Shown: in pieces, positions 39,813-56,481 of the stretch
Layout: each line of letters starts with the position of its first letter
How positions within the stretch are numbered: the first letter of the stretch is position 1
From: Anthoceros angustus
Taxonomy: Eukaryota > Plantae > Anthocerotophyta
DNA length: 64,000 nucleotides
Reading direction: 5' to 3'
Assembly (NCBI GenBank): GCA_010909165.1
Contig: VJWM01000063.1
Span: 1,054,001-1,118,000, forward strand
Made by a program: the position numbers and the translations under genes
The notes under the pieces: model-generated
What the model saw: only the letters and a program-made list of their open reading frames with translations
Told to the model about the DNA's origin: nothing
Database searches by the model: none

Positions 39813-42800
39813 AATAACGGTACTGGTGAAATAAGATAGAAAGGTGAAAAGTTGAAAAAGGTAAAAAGCTAAGTTAGTAGCTGCCCTGTTAAGAAGATGC
39901 ATGTGTTGCATGCTTCATGAAATCTCTTATTAGAGAGGAATTGCTACAGCCACAAATGAAGAGCTGCTTAGAGAGGACTCTTAGTGATCAGTGGTCTGTA
40001 AGAATCCCTAGATTTAATAGCTATGATACATAAGGGCTAGAGCAAGGGCTTTGAGGAACAAGCGGGACTCGCTCTTTGAGAGAGCAGGCAAGTGTGCACT
40101 ACAAGCCTTGTGCTGAGAGAGAGCTGTGGAGAGCTAGCTAGTGAGCTTGTCATGGAATCAAGGGCAATAGCCAGTTTGGCGTAGATAGCCAGATTCCATC
40201 GTTGTATTCTTGCAATAAAGAGCAACACCTTGAGGAGGTGGCTTGCGAGTCGTCAGTGGACGGCGGGCTACTTGGAGCCTAGTATTGTGTTGTGAGGTTG
40301 AGAGCGCTGAGAATCGTGAAAGTCTCTTGTGGAGTGAATTGGTGAGGTCCTAGACTGGGAAGCCGACTTGTCGCTTCCTTCGTGCAGCGATGAGGGGTGT
40401 TACTTGAGTGGTATCGGGCGTAGTCCATTCCTCCGAGTGACTAGAGAGTGCACAAGATGGTCAATGAGAAGCGTAAGGAGAGGGCAAGAAGCGTAGCCTC
40501 CCGATCATCCGCCTCAACCGCCAAGATTCATCATCGTCGAACAAGAGGAAGTGAGAGCCCGAGAGCCAGAGCCCATCGAGAGAAGTCGAGGACTAGAAGA
40601 AGCGGATGGTGGAAGTACTTTATCAAGTTCTTCCGGTGTCTTGGACGATGTAATGACTTCAAGGAAGAAGACAAAGCGGAATCCAGGCCACACCTCAACA
40701 AGGCGAAGATGCGGTAGATCAACAAGAAATCTTCCGAATTCAAGCATTTTCAAAGTGGCTCCGAAGTCGAGCATGAAGCTAGCCTACCAGATAAGTATGA
40801 GGGAGAAAGAGATATGCAAGTCATTGATTCTTGGATCTATTCTATTGAGACTTATCTCGCCTCATCTGATGTTGAGCCGGAGTACTACTCAGGTACTGTT
40901 GGCAATTTCTTAAAGGGCTATGCTTTGGTCTGGTGGCGGAGTTATGGTGCTAATGTTGCCCAGGGTAATCGAGCACATACTATCACAGACTAGGCATCCT
41001 TCAAAGAAGCCCTCAAGAAGCAGTTCCAACCTGCGAATGCTTCACGTCTAAGTAGACAGCAGCTTGACAATATCAAGCAAGCAGTCTTTACGAGATTATG
41101 TAAGTACCTTGATGAAAATACCCACTACCATGAGTGAAGATGACAAACGCATCGCTTCATGGTTGGTTTGAAGGATTGACTGCTAATGTAATTTAGTTGC
41201 ATAGTCCAACTACATTGGCGAGAGGCCATTACGGAGATGCCATTCGGATACTTTTCCATTCTAGTACATCCAACTCCTCGAGAAGATTTCGAGGCATTAC
41301 CGTGGTCGGTATGCCCGGACTAGAGGAAGCTCTAGTAGTGCCGGAGGAGCTGCTAAGGAACATTGGTGGAAATGGAATTGCAAGAGGCAATTCAAGAGGA
41401 AAATTTCATGGAAGAAATCGAGGCCGCAGAGGCCCGAGCTCGAGAGAGCAGCAAGTGTGCACTACAAGCCTTGTCTTGAGAGAGAGTGGAGAGCTAGTGA
41501 GCTTGTCATGGAATCAAGGGCAGCATTTGAGATAGCCGATTCCATCGTTGTATTCTTGCAATAAAGAGCAACACCTTGAGGAGGTGGCTTGCAGTCGTGG
41601 GGTGGACGGGCTACTTGGAGCCTAGTATTGTGTTGTGAGGTTGAGAGCGCTGAGAATCGTGAAAGTCTCTTGTGGAGTGAATTGGTGAGGTCCTAGACCG
41701 CTGGGAAGCCAGCCCTTGTCGCTTCCTTACTGACTGCGCAGTGAGGGGTGTTACTTTAGTGGTATCAGAGCGTAGTCCATTTCTTTGAGTGATTAGAGAG
41801 TGCATAAGATGGTCAATGAGAAGCGTAAGGAGAGGCTGAAGAAGCAGCAGTCTCCCGCCGATCATCCGCCTCAACCGCCTGAAGATTCATCATCGTCAGA
41901 ACAAGAGGAAGTGAGACCGCCGCCTGAGAGCACAGTAGGCCCATCAGGAGAGAAGTCAGAGGACTAGAAGAAACGGATGGTGGAAGTACTTTATCAAGTT
42001 CTTCCAGGTGTCTTGGACGATGTAATGACTTCAAGGAACAAGACAAAGCAGAATCCAGAGCCCACACCTCAACAAGGCGAAGATGCGGTAGATCAACAAG
42101 AAATCTTTCCGACGAATTCAGCAAGCATTTTCAAAGTGGCTCCGAAGTCGAGCATGAAGCTAGCCTACCAGATAAGTATGAGGGAGAAAGAGATATGCAA
42201 GTCATTGATTCTTGGATCTATTCTATTGAGACTTATCTCGCCTCATCTGATGTTGAGCCGAGTACTACTGTCTCGTTGGCAATTTCTTAAAGGGCTATGC
42301 TTTGGTGCAGTGGCGGAGTTATGGTGCTAATGTTGCCCAGGGTAATCGAGCACATACTATCACAGACTAGGCATCCTTCAAAGAAGCCCTCAAGAAGCGC
42401 CCAACTGCGAATGCTTCACGCCTTAGACGCAGCTTGACAATATCAAGCAAAGTATCAGACGAGATTATGTAAGTACCTTGATGGAAGCCATGCACCGCAC
42501 TACCATGAGTGAAGATGACAAACCGCATCGCTTCATGGTGGTTTGAAGGATTGCGCTAATGTAATTTAGTTGCATAGTCCAACTACATTGGCAGAGGCCA
42601 TTACAGCAGCAGATGCCATTCCAGATACTTTTCATTCTAGTACATCCAACTCCTTCAGAAGATTTCGAGGCATTACCTGTGGTCGGTATGCCCAGACTAG
42701 AGGAAGCTCTAGTAGTGCCAGCAGAGGAGCTGCTAAGAACATTGGTGGAAATGGAATTGCAAGAGCCAATTCAAGAGGAAAATTTCCGCGGAAGAAATCG

Positions 42801-45800
42801 AGGAGCGTAGAGCGGAGCTCGGAGAGCCAAGATGGGTTCTCGAAAAGGAGTATGCTACTCATGTGGAGGCCGGGACATTATGCAAATGAATGCCGAATCT
42901 TGACAGACTCTCAACAGAGAAGGAGTATGCTACTCATGTGGAGGCCGGGACATTATGCAAATGAATGCCGAATGTCAGACTCTCAACAGCGTGGAAGGAG
43001 ATCCACAGAAGACTCGGGATTCTGAGTGAGTGAAGTGCCAAGATTGCTGCCCCATTAATTGATCTCTTGAAGAAGGCGAAGGCTTGGAAGTGGGATGATG
43101 AATGTCAGATGGCATTCGAGTTTCTGAAGTTGAAACTCAGCACTACCCCAATATTGACAATCTATGATCCAAAGAAGGATATAGAAGTATATACTGATGC
43201 GTCAGATATTGCAATTGGTGGAGTGCTCATGCAAGAAGGTAGGCCGGTGGCTTACGAGTCAAGGAAGCTGCATGAACATGAAAGGAAGTACCCCACTTAT
43301 GAAAAGGAGATGATTATCATCAATTGTCTCAAGATTTGGAGACATTATCTTCTAGGAAGATCTTTTGTGCTGTACACAGACAATGTAAGCACGAGCTTCT
43401 TTACAAATCAGCTGCGACTAAGCGCAAGACAGGCTAGATGGCAAGATTTCCTAGCAATGTATGATGTGTCTATCAAGTACAAGCCAGGGAAGGAGAATCT
43501 TGTGGCAGATGCTTTGAGTCGCAAGCAGAGTTTAAGTTTGATAACTGCTTTTACGCTGAAGAGGCCTAAGCTAGTTGCAACACAGATGGTGATTGAGCCA
43601 AGGGACACTCACATGCAAATTAAGAAAGCTTATCCGCGGGATCCACTAGTATAGGATTGGATGAATGAAGTGGAGCAACCGGGATCTAAGTTTAAGCTTA
43701 GAAATGGCTTGTTGTTGTTCAAGCAAAACAGGATTGTGATTCCTGATTCTCATGTGTTGAGAAGGAAGTTGCTTGCAAGAGTGTCATGATGTGCCAAGTG
43801 CAGGTCATAGAGGGATTGACCCAACTTATGAAAAGCTGAGAAAATTTTCTTGGCTGGAATGTACAAGCATCTTGTTGAGTATGTTAAGTCTTGTGTAGAC
43901 GAGGATAAGGTGGAGCGGACAAATCCGCGAGGTTTGTTGCAACCTGCCTATTCCAAGTGGGCCTTGGAAAAGTATATCAATGGATTTCATTATGCCATTG
44001 CCAGAATGGACACACAACTATCATGACGGTGGTTGATAGATTCAAGCAAGCACACTTCATCCTCTGAAGCGGTGAAAGCTTGAAGTGGATGATGAATGTC
44101 GAGGCATTCGAAGTTGAAACTCAAGACTACCCCAATTGGCAATCTATGATCCAAAGAAGGATATAGAATATCGCGCGATATTGCAATTGGTGGAGTGCTC
44201 ATGCAAGAAGGTAGGCTTACGAGTCAAGGAATCTGCATGAACATGAAAGGAAGTACCCACTTATGAAAAGGAGATGATCACGCCATCAATTGTCTCAAGA
44301 TTTGGAGACATTATCTTCTAGGAAGATCTTTTGCCGTATACGACAATGTAAGCACGAGCTTTTTACAAATCACCGCGACTAAGCGCAAGAGCTAGATGGC
44401 AAGATTTCCTAGCAATGTATGATGTGTCTATCAAGTACAAGCCGTGGAAGGAGAATCTCGTGGCGTATGCTTTGAGTCGCAAGCGTAGTTTAAGTTTGAT
44501 AACCGCTTATCAAGAGGCCTAAGCTAGTTGCAACACGGATGGTGATTGAGCCAAGGACACTCACACGCAAATTAAGGAAGCTTATCCGCGAGATCCATTA
44601 GTGATTGGATCAATGAAGTGGAGCAACCGGATCTAAGTTTAAGCTTAGAAATGGCTTGTTGATGTTCAAGCAAAACAGATTGTGATTCCCGATTCTCATG
44701 TGTTGAGAAGGAAGTTGCTTGCAGAGTGTCATGATGTGCCAAGTGTAGAGGAATTGACCCAACTTATGAGAAGTTGAGAAAGTGCTTTATCGGCTCGAAT
44801 GTACAAGCATACCGTTGAGTATGTCTTGTGTAGACTGCCACAGGATAAGGTGGAGCATAAATCCGCGAGGTTTGTTGCAACCCCGCCTATTCCAAGTGGG
44901 CCTTGGAAAAGTATATCAATGGATTTCATTATGCCATTGCCACCAAGAATGGACACACAACTATCATGACAAAGGTTGATAGATTCAAGAAGCACACTTC
45001 ATCCCTACGAAGAAGCGAGTGAAAGCTCAAGTTGCTCGATTGTTCAAGAAGCATGTATATGTGTTACATGGATGCCTATGCAGTTGTGAGTGATAGATCC
45101 CAGTTCTGCGAGTTTTGGCAACACTTATGAAGAGCTTAGGAGTGCAATTATGTATGAGCCACCACCGATCTGAGAGGGTGAACAAAATCCAAGAAGAATA
45201 CTTACGACACTATACGGATGGACCGTGAGGAGTAATCATCTTGAGGATGCAATTTTGTTATAATAACAGTACATAGCTCCACAGGCTACACACCTTTTCG
45301 GATGATGAATGTCGAGGGCATTCGAAGTCGTTGAAACTCAAAGACTACCCCAAGATTGGCAATCTATGATCCAAGAAGGATATAGAAGTATACCGATGCG
45401 CGATATTGCAATTGGTGGAGTGCTCATGCAAGAAGGTAGGCCGGTGGCTTACGAGTCAAGGAAGCATGAACATGAAAGGAAGTACCCACTTATGAAAAGG
45501 AGATGATCAGCCATCAATTGTCTCAAGATTTGGAGACATTATCTTCTAGGAAGATCTTTTGTCCGTACAGACAATGTAAGCACGAGCTTCTTTACAAATC
45601 ACCGACTAAGCGCAAGAAGAGGCTAGATGGCAAGATTTCCTAGCAATGTATGATGTGTCTATCAAGTACAAGCCGTGGAAGGAGAATCTGTGGCGTATGC
45701 TTTGAGTCGCAAGCGTAGTTTAAGTTTGATAACCGCTTATCAAGAGCTAGTTGCAACACGATGGTGATTGAGCCAAGGACACTCACACGCAGATCAAGGA

Positions 45801-47896
45801 AGCTTATCCGCGAGATCCATTAGCAGTGATTGGATCAATGAAGTGGAGCAACCGGATCTAAGTTTAAGCTTAGAAATGGCTTGTTGATGTTCAAGCAAAA
45901 CAGATTGTGATTCCCGATTCTCATGTGTTGAGAAGGAAGTTGCTGAGTGTCATGATGTGCCAAGTGCAGTCATAGAGGATTGACCCAACTTATGAGAAGT
46001 TGAGAAAGTCGCTTTTCTTGGCTCGAATGTACAAGCATACCGTTGAGTATGTTAAGTCTTGTGTAGATCGCCCAGGATAAGGTGGAGCATAAATCCGCGA
46101 GGTTTGTTGCAACCTGCCTATTCCAAGTGGGCCTTGGAAAAGTATATCAATGGATTTCATTATGCCATTGCACCAAGAATGGACACAACTATCATGACGG
46201 TGGTTGATAGATTCAAGCAAGCACACTTCACGAAGAAGCGAGTGAAAGCTCAAGTTGCTCATTGTTCAAGAAGCATGTATATGTGTTACATGGACTGCCT
46301 ATGCAGATTGTGAGTGATGAGATCCCAGACGATCTAGTTTTGGCAATAAATTTTATGAAGAGCTTAGGAGTGCAATTATGTATGAGCATACCACCGTATG
46401 GATCAATGAGAGGGTGAACAAAATCCAAGAAGAATACTTACTATGTATGATGGACCAATGAGACTGGAGTAATCATCTTGAGGATGCGTAATTTTGTTAT
46501 AATAACATTGTACATAGCTCCATGTGCTACACCTTTCGATGATGTAACGAAGCAATGGATGTAGTTTCCATGTTGAATGCTGGCGTGTTTGAGACAGCAG
46601 CAAGAGAACCACGTGAATTCATTGGGTAGTTAAGGGCCATGCATGAAGTTACTAAGAAGATATTGGCCAAGGCTCAAGACAAGCAAAAAAAGCTGACAGG
46701 CACAGGCAAGAGGCAGAGTTTCGAGTAGGAGACAAGGTGTGGGTGAAATTGAAGAATTTCCCACTACCACATGGGCTGACCTCAAAGTTTAGGCCTAAGT
46801 ATGGAGGACCGTTCGTAGTTCTGAAGCGCATTGGAAATGTGGCTTACAAACTACAGCTGCCTGAATGGATTTCTCTCATAATGTGTTTCATGTCTCTTTC
46901 TTTGAAACCATTTGTGATTTCGAAGAGAATGAAGATATGACAGAAGGATTATGTCATCCTAGTTCAACACAATCATGGTCTGCGGGAGATTGTTGAATTC
47001 CTGGCAGAGAGAGAAGCGCTTGCTGTCCGTGGTAATGTATCAGAGTATCTGGTAAGGCTTCGTGGTTATGCAGATCCTGTCTGGGTTTCACTTGAAGATG
47101 TGCAACAAGGATCATGGATGATCTCGCGTTACACTGGAGGTCATTGAGGACAATGACATCTTCCCAGTGGGGGAGAGAGTAAAGGCACTAGTGAAACAAG
47201 GTAGAAAGGTGAAAAGTTGAAAAAGGTAAAAAGCTAAGTTAGTAGCTGCCCTGTTAAGAAGATGCATGTGTTGCATGCTTCATGCAATCTCTTGTTAGAG
47301 AGGAATTGCTACGACCACAAATGAAGAGCTGCCTAGAGAGGACTCTTAGTGATTAGTGGTGTAAGAATCCCTAGATTTAATGCCTAGTTAAGGTCAGTCA
47401 TGGGGATATATAAGGGCTAGAGCAAGGGCTTTGATGAACAAGTGGGACTCACTCTTTGAGAGAGTAGGTAAGTGTGCGCTGCAAGCCTTGTGTTGAGAGA
47501 GAGCTGTGGAGAGCTAGCTAGTGAGCTTGTCATGGAATCAAGGGCTTGTCATGTAGCTAGCTTGTCATGGAATCAAGGGCTTGTCATGGAATCAAGGGCA
47601 GTAGCCAGTTGGGCGTAGATAATCAGATTCCATTCTTGCAATAAAGAGCAACACCTCGAGGAGGTGGCCTGTGAGTCGTCAGTGGACGGCGGGCTACTTG
47701 GAGCCTAGTGCTGTGTTGTGAGGTTGAGAGTGCTGAGAATTGTGCAAGTCTCTTGTGGAATGAATTGGTGAGGTCCTAGACCGCTAGGAAGTCAGCACTT
47801 GTCGCTTCTCTTGCGTAATGAATTGGTGAGGTCCTAGACCGCTGGGAAGTCAGCACTTGTCGCTTCCTCACTGGCTGCCTAGTGAGAGGTGTTACT
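39813..47896 (+). mobile_element. Ty3/gypsy chromovirus (Galadriel-like), lacking protease and RT, with AG...CT termini
   Basis: LTRs at 39813-40404 and 47178-47896. TSD CCAAA at 39808-39812 and 47897-47901. PBS TGGTATCAGAGC (41760 copy). PPT AGTGGGGGAGAG at 47166-47177. gag remnants with a zinc knuckle (CYSCG..HYANEC). RNase H YTDASDIAIGGVLMQEGRPVAYESRKL. Integrase remnants, PKYGGPF, and chromodomain EYLVRLRGYADPVWVSLED at ~47040. Confidence 0.92.
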
Positions 47897-48218
47897 CCAA
47901 AGCCCATATTGAACACTAAAGGCCACATGTCTAAGTACATAGGTTGGGGTCAAGGGGTTAGTTCACACGCGTGAGACCACAATTTTTGAGGGAAAGTAAA
48001 GTAAGTGCTTTACGATATTTTACAAATATTTTTATCTGGAATAGTACCTACCGAGGACAGGACCGAGGACGAGTAAAGTATACATTGTACGTAGCGGGTA
48101 TAAATCATTTCCCCCTTCGGACAGTGATCAGTGATTCGTACCAGCTACATACTTGGTGAGACGATCTTGTTGGACGTGGAGGCAACGTAGCTGGTTTCCG
48201 GCAGCGGCAGGGACGTTC

Positions 48219-51108
<2,890 letters not shown>

Positions 51109-51568
51109 TATTTGAAGCAACTCAGCTCCTTGTCTGGCGGCGGTGCCCTTTCCAGCATACCAGTGTGCCAGGGTGTGATTCAAACTGGTATATGCGTTGT
51201 CCTGAGACTGTTCTGAGGCTAAACCTCTGGACTATGTGCTGCGTAAGGCTCACCTTTGTATAGTATTAGAACAGGTAATCCCCATAGAGCGTCTTGGCCA
51301 ATTTGGAAGCAGTTGCCTGCTTTCATGCCCTCTCTTGAATGGGCAACACTAGGTGTCACGGCATGTGTTGTGACGATAGAGGGAGGTAAAATTTTCAATG
51401 GCGTCAAGCGTTTAATTTTTTTGATCACATTTGTGCTGAATTCAGCATACTAACCCACGAAATTTTTCACATTTACCTTGTCAGTACCTATTTGTTAGTG
51501 TGTGGGTGTTTGTTTCTTGAATATTTATTCATTCTCTCTACGTGCAGCATAGAAGCACGATTGGTGCA

Positions 51569-52883
51569 TTAAGCAAGCATGAGCGACGACAGCATACGGG
51601 GATCCACCAGGCCTGACGTCCAGAATAGGAAGGCCATGAAGCAGGCCCCAAGGAGCAGTCTGGGCCTGCTCCGCCATGTGCAGTGACATGCAGCTGCAAG
51701 GTGATTGATGCAATCTGTCCAGATTCGGAATACTTGGCTGATGAGGGCAGTCTGGAAAGCAGATTTGTTGCTTGCCTGGGCGTCCGTATCTGCGGGTTTT
51801 GAGACAATGACAGTAGTAGTATCTACCTCTACAACGTCTTTGTCCCCATCCCCGTCCCCGCCCGATACAATGACCTTTTGGGTGGTGACCTTCACCTCCG
51901 TCTCCACACTTTTGTCCACTGCTCCCTCCACCTGCTTTACCGTTTCTTCCAGGTTCTCGATGGCCTCCACCACTTCTTCCTTGATCACCTTGGCTTTCTT
52001 CTCTACCTGATTTGCATTCAATTATCAGTCAATCCCTACTCACCCCTGCTCCTGCTGAATCTGATGCCTTATCCTAGCACAGTACAGGTGAGCTTCCTAA
52101 CCTTCTCCAGAACTTCGTTGGCGTCCTCAGCTGAATCTGCGATTGCATCTGCCATATGTTCCACGGCTCTTGCAACCTCTGCGACTGCCTTCACCACCGC
52201 CTCTGCTGCATCGGCTGCGTCCTGAATATTCTCTGCAGCAAAAGGGAGGTCAGAAATGCCCCGCATGACCGAGACATTCCACGAGCTTCAATGCTTCAAG
52301 GACGACATCCACTACCTCCAATGTCCTCGACGAAGTGCTTCTCCTTGGACAATATACTCCCTAAAAGCCCAGGTATGTTCCCGATCACTCCCAAAATTCC
52401 TTTGATTCTGCAACTCCCCATGCCTTCAGTCAGTGCCTCCTCGCATTTTCCTAGAAAAGAACCAAAATCTGACACAAAGCTGTGGTTGCAGCACTCACAT
52501 ACTGATGAGCGACCCGAATACGCTGCGGAGAATCTCCATCCTTCCTTCATCACTGCCAAGCACAGCTATCATCAATCATCCGAGCATCAGGACATCCATC
52601 CACGCAGCATCTTCAAGTGTGGCGTCGCCTACCTCGGGCTGGCGGCAGCCGCGGCGGAAAGCTTGGTCGGCCTCGAACGCCTCCCCTGCCGGAGCGGGAA
52701 CGGGCTCGACGCCTGCAACGGGCCGCTTTGCAGCGGAGCAAGCCTGGCCAATCTGACGGCACGCCGGGAAGAGCAGCAGCGGACAGTCCTGTTCCGGGTC
52801 CCGTCCGTAAGAGGAATCCGCGGTAGCTCCAGAGCAAGGTCCTCCCTTTGCAAACGCAGCAGTCGCGCGGCTGCCATTGCCAT
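51569..52883 (-). CDS. Unknown plant protein, probably plastid-targeted, with Ala/Glu/Val-rich helical repeats
   Basis: Exon 1 MAMAAARLLRLQ... is Arg/Ser-rich like a transit peptide. Later exons read ENIQDAADAAEAVVKAVAEVARAVEHMADAIAD and VEKKAKVIKEEVVEAIENLEE, with GT-AG boundaries. 3' end uncertain. Confidence 0.6.
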
Positions 52884-54228
52884 AGCTGTCGCTCGCCAAG
52901 GATTTCCCTTCCCTTCCCTTCCCTTCCCTTCTTCCTCCCACCCTTTTGTGCGTGCCCGGATCGATCTCCAAAGACTCATGTACAGTAGCGTGCTGCGTAA
53001 TGCGACAATCATAGACCCGGTCACAGGACATGGCAAAACCAAATGCCACGCCTGGAAATCTTCCGACCTGGTGCCTCCAGTTCAACACAAGCTCCTTGAC
53101 TGAAGCACGTGCAGTCAATGTACACGTGTGTGTAGTTTCGCAGTAGCACACATGTATGTACAATTTGCGTAGCCTCCATGTACATACATACATACGTACG
53201 TACGTACGTATGTTGCGAGCCGAGGCAGTGTGATTTTCGGGAGATATTGTTTGATGATCGGGGCAGATCGTTTGGTGATCGCGAGAGATTTCTAGAGCAG
53301 AGTTGATGGGCAGGCGGCGTCGACATTCTGGTGGTTGTTTTCATCCCCGGAAAGGAGAGGATGGTCTGTTGGAAACTCGATATCATGCTGTGGAGCGAAC
53401 CTGAAGAGCAAGCAAAGCCCAAGCAAAGCCCAACAAGCTAAAGCTAGGATGCCAGATTGTCCTCATGGCCTCTTTCCGAACAAGAGCAAGAGCAAGCGAG
53501 GAAAGCAAGAGAAGCCGAAGCTAGGTGATTTGTATCTGTTTAATGGTTGTAATACTGTGATTGTAATAACACTGCTCCGGCCGAGAGGATGTGTGGCGAC
53601 CATGTTCCACCTCTACGACGCGGAAGACGCTGGGGACAGCCAGATCCTCCGGTTGGACGCATCCCCGTCTGACGCTACGTGCGGAAAATCCCCACACTCG
53701 GACAGGCCTGCAGACCAATGTAGTTGAGACAGCACAAGGCACTTTTCTGTTCTCCGCGAGTCGGTCACACAGTGCATCGGTGATCCTAGTCTTGGGCAAT
53801 GCAAAGGCGCTCCAAGGCCCCCAAGACTTAAGAATGTGACCGATGTTGGCCTGAGCGTTTGGAGTACCTTTGCATTGCAAAGATTAGGATGACCGACAAC
53901 GGAATGGGTATGCTTGTAGAGAACAGAAGAACAGGGGTGTGTGGGTGAGGTCGCGCTGAGCTAACCCCAGCAGGGGCGGGATGAGGATCTGGACGGGGTC
54001 TAAACTGGCAACCAAGCCCACCAACTACCCTCTGTGCAATGTCCAATACTTCACCAATAGATGATGGTGCAGGGAAGATAGTGGCATTCGTAAAACCCAG
54101 CGCTGTGGTCCCTGATCTGAGAAACTGTCCATATTCATGTCCAGGCTGTTTCCTTCTCAGCCCCGCGGCCTTTGGTCTCTGCTTTGCACCACCGGGATCT
54201 GACGACCCAGTCTGCTTCGTGCGTCTGG

Positions 54229-56481
54229 ATGGAGGCGGATTCCGACAGCGCTGCAGGCGGCAGCGAAGCCGAGGCCGAGGCCGAGGTGAAGCTTCAGCGG
54301 ATTCGGAACAGCAAACTGTACGACGTGGCCTCGGAAAGCAAGGTTGAGCTTGAGGGGATGAGGGAGCTCGAGTGAAGGAGTGCAGTGTGTGCGTGGGGTG
54401 GCAGGAGGGGGGAGCCTTACTGTGCAATTATGTTTGTTGGATGCAGGACCCGCTGCTGTACTCCTCACACTACGACATCGCCTTCATGGGTTTGGAGAAA
54501 TTGTAGGGTGTGCAGGACTCCTTGCCCCAACTGCTGCCCTTGACGGGGCTGCTGCTTCATCTACCTGCTGGTGGGTCGGGGGCGGGGTGCAGGCATCCGT
54601 TCGACTCCAGGAAATGGGGCAACATAAAGAAGTACCTTGTGAACGACAAGGTCGTGGATGCCAAGAGGATTGTGGAGCCTAATGAGGCGACCAAGAGCGA
54701 TCTGCTTGTGGTACTACTTCTCTTGTCTCTGCACTTCTGTGATTGTGATGCTTAATTGATGGCTTGTGTGCAAGGCATCCGTCCCCTTGTGTTGTGCTAC
54801 CATCTTGCAGGTGCACACGGATGGTTACTTGCAGAGCCTGAGAAGCAGCTACACGGTGGCTGTCATCACGGAGGTGAGGCTCTCTCTTGGTTGTCAGCCC
54901 CTGCTCTTTTGTGTATGCTAGACAACTGAGTGGATCGTGCACGCAACTGCACCAGGTGGCTCCAGTGGCTTTACTACCCCATTGCATCGTAGACAAGCAA
55001 GTCCTTCAGCCCTTTCGCAGGCAGGTGTGCATGCTTCCTCAGTTTCTTCTATCTGCTTCTGTGTCATGACAACTCAGTTGCTGCAAAGGTTGGTTCAATG
55101 TTTAATCGTGTGTAGCCAATAAACAGGTGGGTGGAACGATTCTTGCAGTACGTCTAGCCCAGGAGCGGGGCTGGGCTATCAATCTGGGTGGGGGATTCCA
55201 TCACTGTTGCGGTTACCAGGGTGGGGGCTTCTGCGTATATGCAGATATTACACTTAGTATTGAGTTTGCATTCTCTCGGCTTGCAGTTGAAAGGTATATT
55301 ACCGTTCATGGCAGCCATTGTGATGTATGATTTGTCCTCAACTGCTGAACTGCACAATGTGTCAAGGATTATTTCTGTGCTCCCTGCCTGTGCAGGGTGA
55401 TGATTATTGACCTTGACGCGCATCAAGGAAATGGCCATGCACGTGATTACTTGATCCAAGATGGTAACTTTGTCATGTTGAGCTGTACCCGTTCCCTTGT
55501 TTTTGTTCTACATAGTGCATGGGCCTCACCTTGAGATCAACCTTTGCAGACAATTCTAAAAGGGTCTACATTTTTGATATGTACAACCGGGACATCTACC
55601 CTTATGTAAGTGTTGCACCATTTATGCTGTCTCCATGCTGGGACTCTGTTTGCATCATCAGATATCCGAGCCGGGTTGGCTTTGAACTTCCATTGTCCTG
55701 TCCCCCATTAGGATGAAGAAGCAAAGCAGCGAATTAACCAGAAAGTGGAAGTTCGAGTAAGCAATTTTTTATTTGTATCGTTGGGTGAATCTGATGGGTC
55801 ATAGAGTGTAAACCATCGTCAAATTGTTTTTCAGACTGGCACCACCACGGAGCAGTATATAGCAAAGCTGAAGGAGCATCTGCAGGTATTTCAGCAACCT
55901 CTCTGTTAAAGGAAGTTAAGTTCATCGTTCAAATAAAACCACGTATCTTATTAAGGGAACCTTTGTTATTCCTCCACGGGTTCATTGAGCAGAAGGCCGC
56001 TGAGGAGTTCAAAGACAAGGAGTTCAAGCCACAACTTATTGTATACAATGCAGGGACAGATATTCTTGACGGGGATCCACTTGGGGGTCTGCAGGTGACA
56101 AGCTTAATGGGGCTGGTTTGCCAGATCACCAATCCAACTTATCGTCTCACTTTGTTTTGCCCGTTCTCTTCAGGTCTCACCAGCTGGTGTCCAAGAACGG
56201 GATGAGATTGTTTTCAAGTTTGCTAGGCGAGAGCTGGATGTCCCTATAGTGATGGTTACATCAGGTTCAACTCCCGCTGTGTGATCTTTGCAAGCGAGTG
56301 AATCGTCTGATGTGCCTGAGTTCACTTTCACACAAAATTATGACAAAATATCTCGACCTGGCCGACAGGTGGGTACATGAAAAGTAGTGCAAGAGTCATC
56401 GCCGATTCTATCAAGAATCTTGCATCCAAGGACAAGCAGCTGATTCAGCTTGAGAATCCTGAGGCGTATTCAAGCATGTAA
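54229..56481 (+). CDS. HDA2: Class IV histone deacetylase (HDAC11 orthologue), multi-exon
   Basis: YDIAFMGLEKL-HPFDSRKWG, GWAINLGGGFHHC, GGFCVYADI, IIDLDAHQGNG, YNAGTDILDGDPLG, GGYMKSSARVIADSI. Confidence 0.95.

Noticed and set aside
53300-54200. Short ORFs upstream of HDA2
   Set aside because: No recognisable motifs and no consistent exon chain.
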